Both the position numbers and the translations under genes were made by a program. Under the pieces are notes generated by a model. It had not been told where the DNA came from and searched no databases. It saw only the letters and a list, made by a program, of their open reading frames with translations. From Psychrobacter sp. (lineage in GTDB: Bacteria > Pseudomonadota > Gammaproteobacteria > Pseudomonadales > Moraxellaceae), in assembly GCF_041554015.1 (NCBI RefSeq), contig NZ_JBFFMS010000002.1:28440-92439 (forward strand): a DNA stretch of 64,000 nt, read 5' to 3'. Shown here one piece after another: positions 59,871 to 64,000 of the stretch (position 1 is its first letter; the number at the start of each line of letters is the position of its first letter).

Positions 59871-60644
59871 ATGACTACTACCATGATGACTAATACCACC
59901 TCTTTTGTACTCACAAGCTATAACATCCATAAAGGCATGTCGCCGATGAATCGCCAAGTCAAGGTTCAGGGTATCGCCCAAGCGCTTGATATTATTGGCT
60001 CGGACATACTTTGCCTCCAAGAAGTACAAGGGCAAAACCTCAAGCGCAATATTCAATATAATGAATACCCTGATCAGTCTCAGCACGAATGGTTTGGTGA
60101 ATATCTGCAATTAGAAAACAGCTATGGCAAAAACTCAGAATATGATAATGGTCATCATGGCAATGCGGTATTGAGCCGATTTCCACTTGATCCCAAGCAC
60201 AATGTCAATATTACGGTCAATAAGCTTGAGCAGCGCGGGGTGTTGCACTGTGAAGTGCAGCCGCTCGGTTGGGATGTGCCAGTGGTGGTTTTATGTGCCC
60301 ATCTAAATCTATTTGAGCGCGACCGTATCAAGCAATATGAGGCGATTTCGAACTATGTCCGAGATGAGATTGCCCCTGACCGTCCCCTGATTTTGGCAGG
60401 TGATTTTAATGATTGGAAAAAAATGTCTTGTGACAGATTGGCATCAAGTTTGGGTATGACGGAGGCGTTTAAACATTGTCACGGTAAACTGCTGCCGACC
60501 TTTCCAGCAAAGCTGCCTGTATTGAGCTTAGACCGTATCTATGTCCGTAATTTGAGAATAAAGGATGCTTGGGTACATACGGGCAAACCTTGGTCAACCC
60601 TTTCTGATCATCTGCCTTTAAGTGCCGAGCTGGCATTGCTATAA
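59871..60644 (+). CDS. Endonuclease/exonuclease/phosphatase family protein (YbhP-like)
   Basis: SYNIHKG, CLQEV, HGNAVLSRFP, LAGDFNDW, LDRIYVR, SDHLPL. Confidence 0.9.
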   Translation: MTTTMMTNTTSFVLTSYNIHKGMSPMNRQVKVQGIAQALDIIGSDILCLQEVQGQNLKRNIQYNEYPDQSQHEWFGEYLQLENSYGKNSEYDNGHHGNAVLSRFPLDPKHNVNITVNKLEQRGVLHCEVQPLGWDVPVVVLCAHLNLFERDRIKQYEAISNYVRDEIAPDRPLILAGDFNDWKKMSCDRLASSLGMTEAFKHCHGKLLPTFPAKLPVLSLDRIYVRNLRIKDAWVHTGKPWSTLSDHLPLSAELALL

Positions 60645-60705
60645 AGTAAAAATGATTCATGGAATAAATAACGCATAACCTTAAAATAAAAAAGGATGAT
60701 AAATT

Positions 60706-61701
60706 ATGTCTGATAACATTATACCAACGACCCAGCATGCCGTCACCATACGTGAGTTTGGTGAACCTGATGTCATGACGTATCAAGCTGATGTCGCCAT
60801 ACCTGAGCTCACAGATGAGCAGGTACTAGTAAAAATTGCTTACGCCGGTATCAATCCTGTTGATTATAAAACTCGCCAAGGAAAAGGCTGGGGCGCTACC
60901 AATATTCAAAAAGACAAGTTTGACCACAATCAGCCGGCGATTTTGGGTTTTGATATGTCAGGTACAGTGGTCAAAAGCAAAAGTACAAACTTTGCTGTTG
61001 GTGATCAGGTTGCAGCATTGACCTTTAACGGTGGATGCTACGCAGAATATGTCGCTGTCGATGCCAAAATGCTGGCACACGTACCTGAAACGGTTAGCTT
61101 AGAGCAAGCAGGCGCATTACCTTGTATCGGACAAACGGCACTACAATTTGCTGAGTTCGCTGATATCAAAGAGGGCGAGCATGTGGTGATGAATGCTCCA
61201 GCAGGTGGTGTTGGTCATTTATTAATTCAGCTGTTAATGGATAAAGTTGCCAAAAACAATATCAAAGTCACGCTTATTTGTTCAGCAGAGAAGTATGAAA
61301 AACTGCATAGCTTGATAGATACCAGCCAGCTTGCAGGCTGGATTGATTACACGAAGGACGATGCGTTCCCTGAGCTACAAGCCGATGTCTTATTAGATTT
61401 GGTCGGTGATGAAGCAGGCGTACGGGCACTAAATGTCGTCAAAGAGTCTGGACGGGTCTACGTGCTGCCAACGATTTGGGTCGATAAACTCAAGGCAGCA
61501 GGCAGTCAAAAGAATCTAAGCGTTGAAGGTTACGCGGCTCAGCGTAATGGTGAAGATATGGCGCGAGTGCTACAAATGGTGGCCGTTGGTCAGCTAACGC
61601 TACGATTGCAAAAGACGTATCCATTATCAGAGGTTGTGAGCGCCCATCATGAACTGCAAAAAGGCGATGCATTTGGCAAGCTTGTATTACAAGTTAGCTA
61701 A
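60706..61701 (+). CDS. NADP-dependent quinone oxidoreductase-like (MDR family)
   Basis: GINPVDYK, GFDMSG, GGCYAEY, AGGVGH, FGKLVL; no Zn ligands evident. Confidence 0.88.
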   Translation: MSDNIIPTTQHAVTIREFGEPDVMTYQADVAIPELTDEQVLVKIAYAGINPVDYKTRQGKGWGATNIQKDKFDHNQPAILGFDMSGTVVKSKSTNFAVGDQVAALTFNGGCYAEYVAVDAKMLAHVPETVSLEQAGALPCIGQTALQFAEFADIKEGEHVVMNAPAGGVGHLLIQLLMDKVAKNNIKVTLICSAEKYEKLHSLIDTSQLAGWIDYTKDDAFPELQADVLLDLVGDEAGVRALNVVKESGRVYVLPTIWVDKLKAAGSQKNLSVEGYAAQRNGEDMARVLQMVAVGQLTLRLQKTYPLSEVVSAHHELQKGDAFGKLVLQVS

Positions 61702-61712
61702 ATGTGATTTAT

Positions 61713-62330
61713 CTAAGCGCTTAACGTTTGCCGAAAGGTTAGGCTAATCCGCCCTGTCGCTACCGTTTTAGTTTTGGTAATGCTATGCTTCCAAAAGCGC
61801 TGGGTATCACCATGCATGACAATAAGCTGACCTGACTCAAGATAAAGCTCGACTTTATCTTGAGTTTTTTTATGTTTAAAGACAAATTTGCGTGTAGCGC
61901 CAAGGGATAAAGACGCGATAATTGGCTGTTCACCCAGCTCTTTTTCATCATCGGCATGATACCCCATACCCTCATCGCCAGACGGATAGTAGTTAAGTAA
62001 GCAAGAGTTAAAATCCACCTGCATACCAAGTGCTAATAATTGCTGCTCGATATGATGTTTCACATGAAACACTGTATCGCTCCAAGGGATGGCTTGACGC
62101 CTATGACCAGCATATTGATAGTCAATATCGCCATCACCCATCCAAACGATTTGACGAGTCGTGACATGGGTCTTGCCAAATAACGTCACGATGTCCGCTT
62201 GCCAAGGTAGCTCAGTTACTAGGCTATAAAATAGGGGACTAGAGTAATCAATTACAATCCCTAAATCATTTACCTGACCATCATAAGGCAGTAGATTGTC
62301 AGTTGGTGCTGGGGCAAAAAGATCAGTCAT
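61713..62330 (-). CDS. AlkB-family 2OG-Fe(II) dioxygenase (ALKBH2/3-like)
   Basis: FNSCLLNYY, MGYHADDE (HxD), SLSLGATRKF, WKHSI, RISLTFR. Confidence 0.92.
   Translation of the reverse strand: MTDLFAPAPTDNLLPYDGQVNDLGIVIDYSSPLFYSLVTELPWQADIVTLFGKTHVTTRQIVWMGDGDIDYQYAGHRRQAIPWSDTVFHVKHHIEQQLLALGMQVDFNSCLLNYYPSGDEGMGYHADDEKELGEQPIIASLSLGATRKFVFKHKKTQDKVELYLESGQLIVMHGDTQRFWKHSITKTKTVATGRISLTFRQTLSA
62056..62071. other. parS site inside the AlkB-family gene
   Basis: TGTTTCACATGAAACA, one mismatch; read as V-F-H-V-K-H. Confidence 0.75.
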
Positions 62331-62339
62331 ATAGTAAGC

Positions 62340-63227
62340 CTATGTTCTGCGCTGATAATGCTCATTGATAACTTGGGCGCACAATTCAGGCGCTTCCATG
62401 GGCAGAAGATGACCGTAATCTAGTAAAGAAATCATGCTGCCATCAGGGACAAACTTTTGCCATTGTTGGCGAACTTTTGGATTGATAAACAAAGTTGGCT
62501 TACCAGTGATAAGCATATAAGGACAGCTTAGTTTTTTAAGGGCGGCATCAATATGAGGGGCGCCAAAATAATTGGCCAGCTCTTGCTCTGGTGAAAATAG
62601 CAGAGTATAGCTACCGTCATCATTTGTGCTCAGACTTTGTTCAGCAAAAATTTTTAAGTGACTATCACTGATACGATGATACGCCCGCTGTATCCGCAAG
62701 TGCTCATAATATTCTTGAGCACTTGCCCACATGGTTTGTTTGGTTAAAGTGCTTTTAAAGGGCTCGCGACTCAATAAAAACTGACGCGGCAACAGGTTAT
62801 ATAGGGTTGCTTGTTTTTTGGTAAAGGTGACAGGCTCGATAAGATAAAGCTCTGAAAAAAGCTCTGGGCGCTGCGCGGCAGCCATGGCGGTCGCAGTCGC
62901 ACCTTGAGAATGTCCGATACCGACGATGGGCTTATCTTGGGTTTTTTCCAAAAACTCAATCAGTAGCTCAGCATCTTGCTCACGCGTTAGGCGGCGTGCT
63001 TGCGGTTTATCGTACCAATAGCCGCGTAATGCCAATGAGCTTAGACTAAAGCTGGCTGACAGCTGCTTTAATAACGGCGCATAGGTACCGACAGTAAAAC
63101 TATTGCCACCATAAAAATGGGCAGATGGGCGTTTATGGTTTGTGTCAGCATTTGAATTAAATTGCTGTAAATCATAATAGCGCGCCTGCTTGCCTGCAAG
63201 ATTAATGCGATGTGTATAGGCTTCCAT
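62340..63227 (-). CDS. Alpha/beta hydrolase
   Basis: GHSQG nucleophile elbow, LIEP, GHLLPME catalytic His. Confidence 0.88.
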   Translation of the reverse strand: MEAYTHRINLAGKQARYYDLQQFNSNADTNHKRPSAHFYGGNSFTVGTYAPLLKQLSASFSLSSLALRGYWYDKPQARRLTREQDAELLIEFLEKTQDKPIVGIGHSQGATATAMAAAQRPELFSELYLIEPVTFTKKQATLYNLLPRQFLLSREPFKSTLTKQTMWASAQEYYEHLRIQRAYHRISDSHLKIFAEQSLSTNDDGSYTLLFSPEQELANYFGAPHIDAALKKLSCPYMLITGKPTLFINPKVRQQWQKFVPDGSMISLLDYGHLLPMEAPELCAQVINEHYQRRT

Positions 63228-63277
63228 AAAATAACCACGTCCTTGTGAGGAATTTTGTAATAGTAAAACGCTGCCAA

Positions 63278-64000
63278 TTAACTGTCTTCACCTAAGAAGC
63301 CGCCGCTTTGGCGATGCCACAAGCGGGCATAAACACCATGTAGATTTAACAGCTCCTCATGGCTACCTTGTTCGATGATTTGCCCTTTATCCATCACTAC
63401 CAGTCTATCAAGCGCGGCAATGGTTGATAAGCGATGGGCGATAGCAATAACTGTCTTACCAGTCATAATATCATTCAAGCTTTCGGTAATGGCAAATTCA
63501 ATCTCAGAGTCAAGAGCGCTAGTGGCTTCATCCAATAGCAAGATAGGCGCATTTTTGAGCATCACGCGTGAGATGGCAATACGTTGACGCTGGCCGCCAG
63601 AGAGCTTGACCCCGCGCTCACCGACTTGAGTATCAAGCCCTGTATTGCCCTTATCATCATATAAGTCTTTGATAAAGTCCCATGCTTGCGCTTGCTTGGC
63701 AGCTGTAATAATCTGCTCATCGCTAGCATCTGGGCGACCATAAGCGATGTTTTCGCGTACGGTACGATGCAATAAAGAGGTATCTTGGGTCACCATGCCG
63801 ATTTGTTGACGTAACGACTCTTGAGTAACTTCATCAATTGCTTGGCCATCGATAAGGATTTTGCCGCTATCGACATCAAAGAAGCGCAGTAGTAGATTAA
63901 CCAAGGTTGATTTACCAGCACCTGAGCGCCCAACCAAGCCTATCTTTTCACCGGGTTTGATGTCCAGATAAAAGTTATCAAGCAACTTGGTAGTCGTCGT
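63278..64000 (-). CDS. ABC transporter ATP-binding/permease (MdlB-like exporter), C-terminal part; starts beyond the window
   Basis: GRSGAGKST, TQD, LSGGQRQR, LLLDEATSALD, IAHRLST; frame open to the window edge. Confidence 0.9.
   Translation of the reverse strand, partial: TTTTKLLDNFYLDIKPGEKIGLVGRSGAGKSTLVNLLLRFFDVDSGKILIDGQAIDEVTQESLRQQIGMVTQDTSLLHRTVRENIAYGRPDASDEQIITAAKQAQAWDFIKDLYDDKGNTGLDTQVGERGVKLSGGQRQRIAISRVMLKNAPILLLDEATSALDSEIEFAITESLNDIMTGKTVIAIAHRLSTIAALDRLVVMDKGQIIEQGSHEELLNLHGVYARLWHRQSGGFLGEDS

Overview
Moderately AT-rich gammaproteobacterial chromosome segment. Gene content and protein style point to Psychrobacter (Moraxellaceae); this is an inference from sequence and no search was run. 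Five parS palindromes (149, 3731, 5011, 16939, 62056) suggest the window lies near the replication origin. It is mostly core genome: rsuA, dsbC-like, dnaJ-dapB, a PLP decarboxylase, def, mpl, dsbB-gshA, erpA, an ABC-F ATPase, cbpA-cbpM, sstT, pepA-holC, lptFG, the recN-yqgE-ruvX-tusA-MTase-xerD run, ppnP, rlmB, pilB-pilC-pilD-coaE, tpiA-secG-tRNA-Leu, tRNA-fMet-rimP-nusA-infB-rbfA-truB, rpsO-pnp and prlC-yheV. No IS element, prophage, integron, CRISPR array or rRNA was seen. Most notable: (1) a baeRF3 protein matching the ribosome hibernation factor Balon; (2) a stress cassette inserted between truB and rpsO, with an (AAN)n-rich leader, a PfpI/DJ-1 gene and two tiny very hydrophilic proteins, one absent from the ORF track; its upstream motif is shared with a GlsB-family stress gene; (3) parS sites fused into the dnaJ terminator, the dnaJ leader and three coding sequences; (4) a DsbC with two N-terminal dimerisation domains; (5) a perfect 24-bp palindrome inside holC; (6) five RpoH-like promoters; (7) several low-complexity insertions in housekeeping enzymes.
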